This document shows, one piece after another, positions 27,986 to 39,376 of a DNA stretch of 64,000 nucleotides. This stretch comes from Octopus sinensis (lineage: Eukaryota). A model generated the notes under the pieces. It made no database searches, was not told where the DNA came from, and worked only from the letters and a program-made list of their open reading frames with translations. Position numbers and translations under genes: made by a program. The stretch covers positions 191,642,001 to 191,706,000 of the forward strand of contig NC_042997.1 in NCBI RefSeq assembly GCF_006345805.1, in the 5' to 3' direction. How positions within the stretch are numbered: position 1 is the stretch's first letter; each line of letters starts with the position of its first letter.

Positions 27986-28006
27986 CAGCCATGACTATAT
28001 ATACAT

Positions 28007-29926
28007 ATGCAGTTTGGGTTTGTCCCAGGGAAAAGCAATGAGATGCAGTTTGGGTTTGTCCCAGGGAAAAGCACCACTGATGCTATATTCCTGGTAAGGC
28101 AGCTGCAGGAGAAATACCTAGCCAAAGATAAGCCCCTGTACCTGGCTTTCGTTGACATGGAGAAAGCTTTTGATAGGGTCCCCCGATCCCTCATCTGGTG
28201 GTCAATGAGGAAACTAGGGATAGATGAATGGCTGGTGAGGGCTGTGCAAGCCATGTACAGAGATGCCGTAAGTAAGGTTAGAGTTGGCAACATGTACACA
28301 GAAGAATTCAAAGTAGAGGTTGGGGTCCACCAGGGTTCAGTACTCAGCCCCCTCCTATTTATCATAGTCCTCCAGGCAATTGTGGAGGAATTCAAGACAG
28401 GTTGCCCCTGGGAGCTCCTCTATGCTGACGACCTCGCTCTAATTGCTGAGTCACTATCAGAACTGGAGGAGAAGTTCCAGGTGTGGAAGGAGGGTTTAGA
28501 ATCGAGGGGCCTTAGAGTCAACCTAGCTAAAACCAAAGTACTAATAAGTAGAAAGGTAGACAATCCACAAATATCCTCAGGAAGATGGCCCTGCTCGATC
28601 TGTAGAAAGGGTGTGGGTAGAAACTCTATAATGATGTACCCAGTGTAAGCTATGGACACATAAGAGGTGCAGCAATGTCAAAGGTAGGCTAACTGGGAAG
28701 ATAGTTTTTGTATGTGGCAGATACTCTGGAGCATTGACCTCCGAAAATCTGCAGAAAACAACTTCCGTCACTTTCCGGGGGGAAAAACTAGAAGTAGTTG
28801 ATAGCTTCCGTTATCTAGGTGACCAAGTCAGTAGTGGGGGTGGGTGCGCTGAAAGTGTAACTGCTTAGAATAAGAATAGCCTGGGCAAAGTTTAGGGAGC
28901 TCTTACCTCTGCTGGTGACTAAAGGCCTCTCGCTCAGAGTAAAAGGCAGACTGTATGATGCATGTGTACGAACAGCTATGCTACATGGCAGTGAAACATG
29001 GGCCGTGACTGCTGAGGACATGCGTAAGCTCGCGAGGAACGAAGCCAGTATGCTCCGATGGATGTGTAATGTCAGTGTACTTACTCGACAGAGCGTTAGT
29101 ACCTTGAGAGAAATGTTGTACCTAAGAAGCATCAGTTGTGGTGTGCAAGAGAGACGATTGCGCTGGTATGGTCATGTGGCGAGAATGGATGAAGATAGGT
29201 GTGTGAGAAAGTGCCAATCCCTAGCAGTTGAGGGAACCCGTGGAAGAGGTAGACCCAGGAAAACCTGGGACGAGGTGGTGAAGCACGACCTTCGGACGTT
29301 AGGTCTCACCATGGAAATGACTAGAGACCGAGACCTATGGAAGTATGCTGTGCGTGAGAAGACCCGGCAAGACTAGTGAAGCCATAATCCATGGGACGTA
29401 GTCAGTCCACCTGTGCATACCTTCCTTCTTGTGACACTTGTTGAAGACCTGTTGAGGCAAGTGAGAACCGAATCAAATCAAATCGAACCAAATCAAAAAG
29501 TAGATGTACATCAATGGAATTTGTACCCTTGTGGTACCAGTGCCGGTGGCACATAAGAAAACCACCCGAACGTGACCGTAGCCAGTACCGCAACGACTGG
29601 CCTCCGTGCTGAGGGCACGTAACAAACACCATCCGAGCGTGGCCGTCCGCCAGCCTCGTCTGGCACCTGTGTCGGTGACACATAAGAAAACACCATCCGA
29701 GCGTGGCCGTCAGCCAGCCTCGTCTGGCACCTGTGTCGGTGGCACATAAAATCACCCACTACACTCTCGGAGTGGTTGGCGTTAGGAAGGGCATCCAGCT
29801 GTAGAAACACTGCCAGATCTGACTGGCCTGGTGCAGCCTTCGGGCTTGCCAGACCCCAGTTGAACCGTCCAACCCATGCTAGCATGGAAAGCGGACGTTA
29901 AACGATGATGATGATGATGATGATGA
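28007..29926 (+). mobile_element. 5'-truncated RTE-clade LINE: RT and C-terminal domain, 3' UTR with tandem repeats, (GAT)n tail
   Basis: Motifs QFGFVPGKSTTDAIF, FVDMEKAFDRV, GVHQGSVLSP, LYADD, FRYLG, LHGSETW, RWYGHV, GRGRPRKTW. The frame is restored by removing single extra Ts at about 28632 and 28866. Stop TAG at 29374..29376; (GAT)n at 29904..29926. Confidence 0.95.
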
Positions 29927-30068
29927 TATATATTGCTGAACCCTAATTATAATAATGCTCATAATTATAGAATTTGTGTGTGTGTGTGGCGGTGCCCCAG
30001 CATGGCCACAGCTCATAAGCTGAAACTAGAATCAATCAATCAATCAATCAATATATATACACATACAT

Positions 30069-30479
30069 AAGTGCAGGTGTGACTGAGCAATTAAGAAGCT
30101 TGCTTTCAAACCATGTGGTCTTAGGTTCAGTCCCACTATATGGTACCTTGGGCAAATGTCTTCTACTAAAGCCCCGGACCAAACAAATCGTTGTGAGGGG
30201 ATTTGGTAGACAGAAACTAAAAGAAACCCTTTGTGTGCATGTGTGTGTACTCTTGCCTTGACATCATGTAATGGTTGTAAACCAACGTCACCCTCATACA
30301 TACAATGTGGTCCATTTTCAGTTTTTCATGAAAAACATGTCTGGCTATGAGGAAATATTACCTTGCATAGAAACATATGAAGGTTGGTGACAGAAAGAGC
30401 ATCAGTCACAGAAACTGTACCTCAACAAATCTCATCTGAGCTATGTAAGCATGGAAAAGAGGTCATTAAATGATGATGT
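30069..30479 (+). mobile_element. SINE family F: family-B-like tRNA head with RTE-like tail (other copies at about 10190-10612, 15045-15480 minus, 20300-20722, 24590-24830, 26780-27255, 32320-32540, 48510-48735)
   Basis: Head GGTTCAGTCCCAC...CCTTGGGCAAATG; middle GGAAATATTACCTTG; tail AGCATGGAAAAG...TTAAATGATGATG. Confidence 0.7.
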
Positions 30480-32570
30480 ATATGTGCACACATGTATGTG
30501 TATGTGCTTGCATGTAAGATCATAAAAATACTCTGTTCAGTCAACTTAACAACCTGACTCAATGAGGTATTTAAGTGACTTTATTTTAATGAATATGCGA
30601 CTAAAATGAGGGAGAAATTTATAGAATTCTCCTAAAGGAGGAATATATTTGATAGTAAAGGGTAAAGCCCCCTCTTCAGTCATGAATGACCAAGGGATTG
30701 CAACAAGAAAGTTCCTCTCCAAGGAACAAGTCCAGACAAGGTTGTTTATGAAAAACCAGCAGTCACCCATGCATACCAGCCTCTCCTCTCCACATTACTA
30801 ACATTGTCCAAGGGAAAGGCAGATAAGACTTGGCACTAGTGACATCGCAACTCATTCCTACAACTGAGTGAACTGGAGCAGCATGAAAAAAAGTGTCTTG
30901 CTCAAGAACACAACACACAGTCCAATCCAGGAATTGAACTCACTACCTCATAATTGTAAGCCTGATGCTCTAACCAATAAGCCACGTACCTTTGATAATA
31001 TACGTCTTTTATCAGTATTAGAAGTCACAATTATTTTCAGAGTAACATACTTTAATCAAAAACTAATAAGTGAATACATAAAAACAATATGGGAAATGCA
31101 AAATGGCATAATGAGTAGTTTGAGCTAAACCAGGTAACAGCTGATATATTTAATACATTCAATCTAAAGATGAAAATTAAGATAAACAAAAGTTACAAAC
31201 TCTGAAATCAAACAGTAACTGACTTAGCAAGCTCTATCTCTTTCTCTCTCTCTCATTCTACAGCACAACAACCCTTAGTAATGTCTTACATTTACCATGG
31301 TTAGCCAATACCTTTTCAGCAGAGTGAGATATACCACAAGTGTGCAGAAACCAGAGTGTGTGTGTATCATCATCATTTTCCATGTCTGTTTTTCCAAACC
31401 AGCATGGGTTGGATGGTACTATTGTGTCAGAAGCTCTTAGATATGACACCTTTCTGTACTACCTGATTGACTCAGTGAGTGACTAGCAAGTTATATCTTT
31501 CTTCGCCATATGTTTTAAGCATCTTAGTAACTATCCCTGCCATTATTACCTTAAATCGCACCTTTGATCATACAGCTGTCAACTTCAACATTAGATCTAC
31601 TTGGAATAACAAGTGTACTGCCATCATTCAGCTCACACTTCTCTCCAAAAGCATGTAAATTCTCTCTGGCAAACACTTTGCAATCTATTATAAACATATT
31701 TCACACACTTTCCACAACTATCTCCCACTCGGTTTCTCTCTCTCTCTCACCAACAAATATGTAGCTGCCATTACTCCCTGCCCCCTGTCCTGCACTATTA
31801 CTGACCTCTCATTACACTACTATCATTGTCTCTCTTCCATAACTCCTAGCAATGTATCACCTATTTCTCTTCTCCCACAGCCATCCAATAGTTTTGGATC
31901 AAAATCGTCATCCTTCGCTTGTCAGACAAGTTATTTTAGGACAAGGTTAAAAGTAATAATCTTACACATATTTAATATATATATATATATATTGGCCTGC
32001 TTGTTTAGCCAGCGGGGTGGCGTCATTTGAAGGCTAAAACAATGTGATTGTGACCAGCGATGTGTAGCAACATCCAATAGCCTGGTCGGTCACGGTGATC
32101 ACAGTGATATATATATATATAGAGAGAGAGAGAGATAACAGACACGAGTGGTTAAGAATAGGTATGGACATGGCTGTGATTACAAAGTTACAAAGTTCCC
32201 CTCACAACCTCTCAGATTCAGTCCCACTTGGGCAGCTGACCAATGCCTTGTGAGAGGATTTAGTAAATGGAAACTGGAAGCCCATCTTATTTATTATATG
32301 TATATGGGTGTGTGTACACACATGTAAGCATTTTTGTTATGAGTCATCATTAAATCAGCCTTGTTAAAAACAGTATATTTGTTTACATTTTTCAGTAAAC
32401 AAAATTCCCATGAAATGAAAAAAATGCCATACTTGGAAAACAAGTAAGAGTTGGTAATAGGAAGAACATCTGGCCATAGAAAACCTGCCTGAACAAGTCT
32501 CATCTAATCCATGTAACATGGAAAAGCAAATATTATGTAGCTTTATTTACATTGGATGGATACATGCCCT

Positions 32571-32873
32571 CATCTTGTTTGTTATTACCACAACGTTTCA
32601 GCTGATTTACTCTCCAGCCTTCATCAGGGTTCTCATTCCTAAGGTATTTTTTTGCTGCTGATATTATTATTATTATTATTATTATTTATTCAAGGCACTG
32701 CCTGGAATTGAACTTGGAATCTTGGGGTTAGTGCCCACAGGCATATAAATAATATCGTCAGCAAAAAAATACCTTAGGAATGAGAACCCAGGGTTGGGTT
32801 CAAAATTCTACCAGGACACCTGATGAAGGCTGGAGAGTAAATCAACCGAAGTGTTGTGTTAACAACAAAGAGG
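32571..32873. repeat. Long imperfect inverted repeat, probably Penelope-like termini
   Basis: TTTACTCTCCAGCCTTCATCAGG pairs with CCTGATGAAGGCTGGAGAGTAAA; GGGTTCTCATTCCTAAGGTATTTTTTTGCTG pairs with CAGCAAAAAAATACCTTAGGAATGAGAACCC. Confidence 0.75.
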
Positions 32874-32889
32874 TTCAAATGCCATAATA

Positions 32890-33506
32890 TAAGTGGCAGG
32901 ATAGTGTGCAGGAATGCTAAGTACAATGGCTGTGCTGCAGGAAATGTACTTGGCATTATACTGATGGAAGAACACCTTTCATCTTGAAACCAAAGATGGT
33001 TATTTTCCTTCCAGCGCTGACTTGAATGACTGGTTGAATGACCAAATCCAAGCTTCTCTGCTAATTCCTCAAGTTACGATGGGATTTTGTTCCGCCAGGG
33101 TTTGCAGGACATCCTTGTCAAGCTCTACAGATCTTCCAGAATGAGGCTCGTCTTCTAGGCTATAGTTTCCAGCTTGAAATTTCTGGAACCACCACTGACA
33201 CTGGCTTACACTTATTGTCCAATCCCCATATACTGCATTAATATTCCTTGCACTTTCCATTGTGTTGTTTCTTTTATTGAACTTGTAAGGCAAAATATGC
33301 CAAATATGCCCCTTTGTCACTTCCATTATAGCTTTGAAAAAGATAACTGTTAAAATCGAACTGCATTCTTCAAAACTTGCACTAAGAATAAAGACAAGGT
33401 AAAATTATTACCTGCTTTTATAGCAAGTTGATGCAGGTAGTTTATCCCATCCTCCTCTGACTTTTAGTTCATGCAATTGAAAAAAAACATTTATAGGACA
33501 ACACAA
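32890..33506 (-). mobile_element. Internally deleted mariner (5' TIR, HTH and a fragment of the catalytic domain)
   Basis: TIR TTGTGTTGTCCTATAA next to (TA)n; MEVTKGHIWHIL...WFQKFQAGNYSLEDEPHSGR joined to FFHQYNA. Confidence 0.85.
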
Positions 33507-34166
33507 TATATATATATATATATATATATGTATATTGCACACACATGCATATATATAAATATATATATATATATACACTGACAGAGAGAAAGAGAGAGAA
33601 AGAGAAATTAATGATATCTTAATCAGCTACTACTATATATTGTTAGTAGACCAACCATGTTGAACAATGACAAAACCAATTTATAAGTTGGCGTTCTCTT
33701 GAGTTATGCTTCAGAAACACATCAAATGCTGAATGTGTTTCTCAGATGTCATAAAACAATCAAGGAAACAAAACAGCACTTTTGTCAATAAGAAATATTG
33801 GAAATAGAAATACTGATGATAGTGTTCTGCGTGTCAAAATGTCAGATATATAATTCAATAAATTATGTTTACGAGGAGAATTTGATCTTCAAAACTGTAT
33901 TGCTAAAACTCACTATCTTGAAATTGATGCCAAGGCTTAATGACATTCATGCAAGGAAGAATATCTGTGAAATGGCAGAGAAGAAAGAACAATTATTTAT
34001 AAAGCAGAAAACTTAATAAGCTGTTCCTATAGAGATGTGCACAACTGATTAAAAATCCATCACCATAGATAATCTATCCTATTGAAAAATAGTTACTACT
34101 TCTCAGTGGAGAAGTCATTTACAAGTAAATGAATAGACATGAACAGCCAATGGAAATAGCTTAGAC

Positions 34167-34691
34167 CAGTGGTTCTCAACCAATTTTTTGCCTATGGACT
34201 CCTTTGATTCTTAATGTATTCTACTGGACCCTCACAGCTGTTCAAGGTTTTAAAAAAATCCTATCATCATCATCATTTAACGTCTGTTTTCCATGTTGGC
34301 ATGGGATAAGGTTTCTACGGCTGGATACCCTTCCAAACGCCAACCATTTTACAGAGTGTACTCGGTGCTTTTTAGATGGCACCTGCATCCATGAGTTCAC
34401 AAGATTATGAACACTCAGCTGAAGAAAGATGGAGCAGACATGCCTGTATACAAGGACAACTACATATTTACTTAGCTTGAAATGTCTATTCAAGCACAGC
34501 AAACTGCCAGAAGTCTTGGTCCCGTAGCATTCCCTCTGTGAGGCCCTAATTAAATATTATTAGGAACTGTATAAAAGAATTGTTTAAACATTTTATATGT
34601 TGTAAAGTACAAGCAATTTATTGCACATAAATTTTGATAAATTCTTATATGCCCCTCCCCCGATCAAATGGACCTCAGTTGAGAACCACTG
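34167..34691. mobile_element. hAT (Charlie-like) MITE containing an RTE-tail insertion (about 34262..34540)
   Basis: 14-bp perfect TIR CAGTGGTTCTCAAC / GTTGAGAACCACTG; 8-bp TSD GCTTAGAC / GTTTAGAC. Confidence 0.88.
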
Positions 34692-34699
34692 GTTTAGAC

Positions 34700-35000
34700 G
34701 TGGAGGCACATGGCCTAGTGGTAAGAGCAGCGGACTCGTGGTCGAGGGATCGTGGGTTCGAATCTCAGATCGGGCGATGTGTGTGTTTATGAGCGAAACA
34801 CCTAAGCTCCACATGGCTCCGGCAGAAGGTAATGACGAAACTTCTGCTGTCTCTTTCGCCACAACTTTCTCTCACTCTTTCCTCCTGTATCTTGCAGCTC
34901 ACCTGCGAGGGACCAGCGTCCCGTCCAGGTGGGGAACCTATACACCAAGAAACCGGCCCTTATGAGCCAGGCCTGGCTCGAGAAGGAACAAACAACAACA
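34700..35000 (+). mobile_element. tRNA-derived SINE family D with 12-bp TSD
   Basis: Head TGGCCTAGTGG...GGGTTCGAATCTC, (AAC)n tail, TSD ACTGGTTTAGAC at 34688..34699 and 35001..35012. Confidence 0.9.
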
Positions 35001-35437
35001 ACTGGTTTAGACCTTGTACAAGGATGTTTAAAGTTGGCTCAGCATTGCCTAAGTTGTTAAAGCATTGGATTGACTGCCTCGTGGAATTTGTTCTCTCTGT
35101 GCTCAGTTCAAATCCTGGCAAAGTCAGCTTTACTTTTAATCTTTTCAGAATGAAAGAAATACAAGTTTGAAAAATAGGTTGATATCAAAAGCTTGAAAAC
35201 ATGAAAAAGGATGCTTCAGACCATTTTTTCAAATACTTTTAATAGGTAACTTTTGTACCACTAATCATTTTATTACAGTGACACACAGAGGCCAACAGGA
35301 TACTATGTAATAGAAAGGTTGTATCACAGGGTCATGGAATTCAAAATAACTCTTCAATAATCCTCATCCTTTTAAAGAATAAATTTGTTAATTCAGCATA
35401 TCACTACATTTTTCTTACTTATCCACTTTATCTATTA

Positions 35438-35803
35438 CTAGCACTATACCCAGCAACGCCAGGTCATAGTGCTAGTGCATGCATATACAGCTGCATGTGT
35501 GTGCACATACACACGAGTACTGTCCAAATCTCCAACCAATCACATACAGCAAGCTGGCATTCAATTGGTGTATCAAGTTTCAGGCATTTTGATTGGGTTT
35601 TGGATAGAAAATACACAAAAAAGTCACTTCTATTGATTTTTTTAATGGCTTTGCGGGGTGACTGGAGAAAAGTAAAGATGTGCATGACCACCCTTGGGCG
35701 GTTTTGAATGACCATAGAAAGTGCGAGCCCTCTAACTGAAAAATTGTGGATTTGTATAAAGGACACACACACAGACATTTTGCTGTTTATATATATAGAG
35801 AGA
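35438..35803 (-). mobile_element. Non-autonomous Helitron family 1, second full copy
   Basis: Reverse complement of 13715..14073, same TC...CTAG ends and A|T target. Confidence 0.88.
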
Positions 35804-36163
35804 TGAGTAGACTGTATAATAAACATAACAGGTATGTTTTAACAATTTTCCTAGTCAAATAAACACCTTAACCACAAAGACATCATCAGGCAAGTCTCAA
35901 AAATTCTAAGTGGCATAGCAATGCAGACAAGAAGTTTAACTTCTTTTTCTTCTTGTAAATAAAAGATATTTTACTAACACGTCAATTGTGCTTCTCAGTT
36001 ATAAAACATTTACTAAGGCAATCAGCTTATTCTGTATTCACCCAGTATGCAAGAAACAGATTCAAGTTTAACTTGAAAAAAATTATTTTAGTGAGACGCA
36101 TCGGTTTCAACTATTTCCCCATCCCAAAATTCAAATTAACACTGACCCACCAATCATAATTAA

Positions 36164-36379
36164 CCCTTTAGCATTCAGATTGCTCTGCCAAATGTAACAC
36201 TTATCTATTCACATTGTTTTGAATTAATCAGCTGTTATCTCACAGTGTCAAGATTTCAATGATGTGATTATTTTCACAATGACGTATGGTAGGTGTGAAA
36301 GACTGGATCCGACCAGTTTGAGACATGAAATAGGTACAATATATATGAGCCAGATATGGCTGATTTAAATACTAAAGGG
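36164..36379. mobile_element. piggyBac-type MITE
   Basis: TTAA-CCCTTTAGCATT...AATACTAAAGGG-TTAA. Confidence 0.8.
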
Positions 36380-37439
36380 TTAAGGCATAGGGGAGGAATT
36401 ACAACTGTGTTTGGTGGTCTGCTACCACAACAGCTCCTTTATAGGATCCAGTTAGCTCAAGACATCATCAGAAGGAACCACGTCCGGTTTCAGTCCCTGC
36501 TCCTCTACTGTTTTGACGTGGCGGGGCCCCCACTTTCGGAGGTGTCTTCAGCTCTGGTGTTGGATGTATGTCATCTTCTTTCTTCTGTTCCCTGGCCTCT
36601 TCGATGTAGCGTCAGCGAGTGACTGACTGACTTGTCAAATATTCTCCCCTTTAAATACCTGCCGCTAGGCTCCAGCAGGCAGCCCCAGCAAGTTGTCACA
36701 TGACACTGTCTCACCTTAACTGACCAGTGAAGGTGCGTAGTCTTAGCCTGTGCATTCTCTAAACGACCGTCACCTGTCAGTCAGCGAAGCTGATTCAGTG
36801 TCAGCTGGTCTCACCTAATATTATTCAAAGAAATCCATTTAGATTATAAAAATGTTCAATATGGAATGAACTTAAGTGATGTTCTTATAGCACACATTTG
36901 TTTTCACCAAGGTAATGCATGTACACAAATATCTCTACACTATTAACAAAAGTAAGCAAAGGAACAATGCATTATCTGAAATACAATTTTAAAACCAGCT
37001 TTGAAGTACAAGTAAAAATAACTAATCTATTTGGTAATGACCAAAACCTTTGGGCTATTCTCTAGTATTTTAAACATTTCAAATTCCAGATATAATATAT
37101 AAGAATCTAATACAGATAAAATTACAAAAAGCTAGACAGAGCAACAGGTTCCATGTTCCTATGTTAGAAAAGAATTTGCCATTGTGTTAGGCCAGGACTG
37201 ATGACTGTAAAGGGACATCTTAACCCTTTCAAAACCAACCCAACTGATGCCATTCTTGGTTCTATGGTATAAACTTGTTTTAAGATGATCTAAATTCAAA
37301 TTCTCATTAAAATTGTGTTTTAATTTGTGTTCTAAAATTCACCTGAATAATGAGACATCATTTTAGTATATTCTTCATAATGTTTTAAAGTAAATGAAAT
37401 AAAAAGGACAATTGAGAGTTAACCATGAGTATAGTAAAG

Positions 37440-38460
37440 AATTTGGTAGGGGTTCATCAAAGCTCAGTCCCTTCTTTATCATCTTTGTCCTCCAGGCCAT
37501 AACAGAGGAATTCAAAACCAGCAGCCTCTGGGAACTATTATATGCTGATAACCTTGCCCTCATAGCAGATTCCATATCAGAGCTAGAAGAGAAATTCCAA
37601 GTGTGGACGCAAAACCTGGAATCTAAGGGTATTAAGATTGACTTAGCAAAGACTAAGGTCCTAGTAAGCAAGAAAACTGACAGGACCCTACCCCACTCAG
37701 GTAGGTGACCCTGTTCAATTTGTAGGAAAAGTGTAGGCAGGAACTCCATACAGTGTACTCAGTGTAAGAGGTGCAGTGAATTAATAGGTAAGTTATCAGA
37801 CAGTTTCTCTATGTGGAAGATGCACAGGATTCATAAAAACTTTAGAGACTCAGGAAATTCTCTCAAATGCCCTGGTGGCTCATTAGTAGTAGTAGTAGAT
37901 AACTTCTGCTACCTAGGGGACAGGATGCACAGAGAATGTTGACAGCTAGAATAAGAATAGGATGGAGGAAATTCAAAGAGCTGTTACCTCTGTTGGCCAC
38001 AAAAGGTTTCTCTCTCTGAGTGAAAGGAAGATTGTATGATGCATGTATACAGACAGCAATTATAGATGGTAGTGAGATGTGTGCTCTGAATACAGAGGAC
38101 ATGCGAAAGTTAGAAAGGAATGAGGCTAGTATGCTCCACTGGATGTGTAATGTAAGTGCTCATGTTCAACAGAGTGCTAATGTTTTGAGAGAGAAGTTAG
38201 GCATAAAGAGAAATTAGTTGCTATGTGAAAGAGAGAAGACACTGCTAATTTGGTCATGTGATGCAGATAAATGCTGACAGCTCCATAAAGATGTGCTGAT
38301 CTCTTAAAGTAGATAGAACATGTGGAAGTGGGAGACCTAGGAAGACGTGGGAGTAAGTACCTCAGGATGCTGAGCCTTTCAGGCAACATGACAAAGGATC
38401 AAGATGCCTAGTGCCTTGCTGTATTCAAGAAGACCCGTACTTCACAGCAGAAGTGTTAAG
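37440..38460 (+). mobile_element. Older degenerate copy of the same RTE family
   Basis: LWELLYADNLALIA, KTKVL, remnant PCSICRK finger, GRLYDACIQTAIIDGSE, ERNEASMLHWMCNV; several stops and frameshifts. Confidence 0.88.
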
Positions 38461-38499
38461 ACTAGTCCCTCTGGTGGTGAAAAGCACTCATGGTAGTGC

Positions 38500-38690
38500 T
38501 ACATAAGGCCACCTGTGCGGTGGTACATAAAAGCACCCAGCACACCCTGTAAAGTGGTTGGTGTTAAGAAGGACATCCAGCCATAGAAACCATTCCTAAT
38601 CAGACTGGAGTTTGGTGCAGCTTCCCAGCTCTGGTTGAACAGTCCAAGCCATACCAGCATGGACAACAGATGTTAAATGACGCTGATGAG
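38500..38690 (+). mobile_element. RTE 3' tail fragment
   Basis: GTGGTTGGTGTTAAGAAGGACATCCAGC...CAGCATGGACAACAGATGTTAAATGA, homologous to 29750..29926. Confidence 0.75.
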
Positions 38691-38939
38691 AAAGGATGTG
38701 TTTCAACAGAAAAACAGTAACAAAAGGGTTAAACAAAAGCAGGGGGAAGAGGGATTATTAATCTTCACAAGATACTGCTTATCTGGAAGAAAAGCATAGG
38801 TGCAGAAGTTACAGGAAAATGCAGCTCTAAAAAAAAGGCCAGTCTTCAGCTGAACAGATCCTACCAGGTGGTGCTATTAAGTCAATTTCAAGTCAAGTTT
38901 TGTGGTATCGTGGCCCATGCAGGTAGAGAAGAGTTGTTG

Positions 38940-39280
38940 ACTGAGATGTATCCAGGTATAGGTCACTTAGCTGGTATCCCTTGAAGAGATTTGTCCAGGT
39001 TTCATTTGAAGGTGATAGGATCTTTTCCTTCTCTGGTTAGTTTTGGAATAACATTAAATAGAGCAGGGCCCGTTGAGGAAAAGAAATTTTGTTGAAGTGA
39101 ATTTATGTGTTGCAATCCTGAACTGTGTAGGAGGTGTATGAAATGTAGCCCCAGCGTTAGATGAATTGTGAATATGATGTTGAGGTGATCTGGGCAATAC
39201 TGGTGGTACATTCTCCACATTGTGCAAATGATGTAGCACTCACGATGGTGCTGGAGAATAAAGTTTCAATCTTTTAAGGT
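38940..39280 (-). mobile_element. CR1/L2-supergroup LINE C-terminal remnant
   Basis: QNFFSSTGPALFNVIPKLTREGKDPITFK...LDKSLQGIP resembles the SF...GP.LFN.LP...F...LD end motif. Confidence 0.65.
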
Positions 39281-39339
39281 GGTCCCAATAATAAAGTCAG
39301 TCATACCTTCTATTCTTTTTAGTGATTATTGCTCTCTCA

Positions 39340-39376
<37 letters not shown>

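Noticed and set aside
27943-29132. Long antisense ORFs over the RTE
   Set aside because: Expected shadow ORFs of LINE coding sequence.
34700-34775. tRNA-like sequence with good A and B boxes (also 54112..54185 and 63740..63812)
   Set aside because: No clean acceptor stem. It continues into a SINE body with a tail and TSD, so it is a SINE head rather than a tRNA gene.
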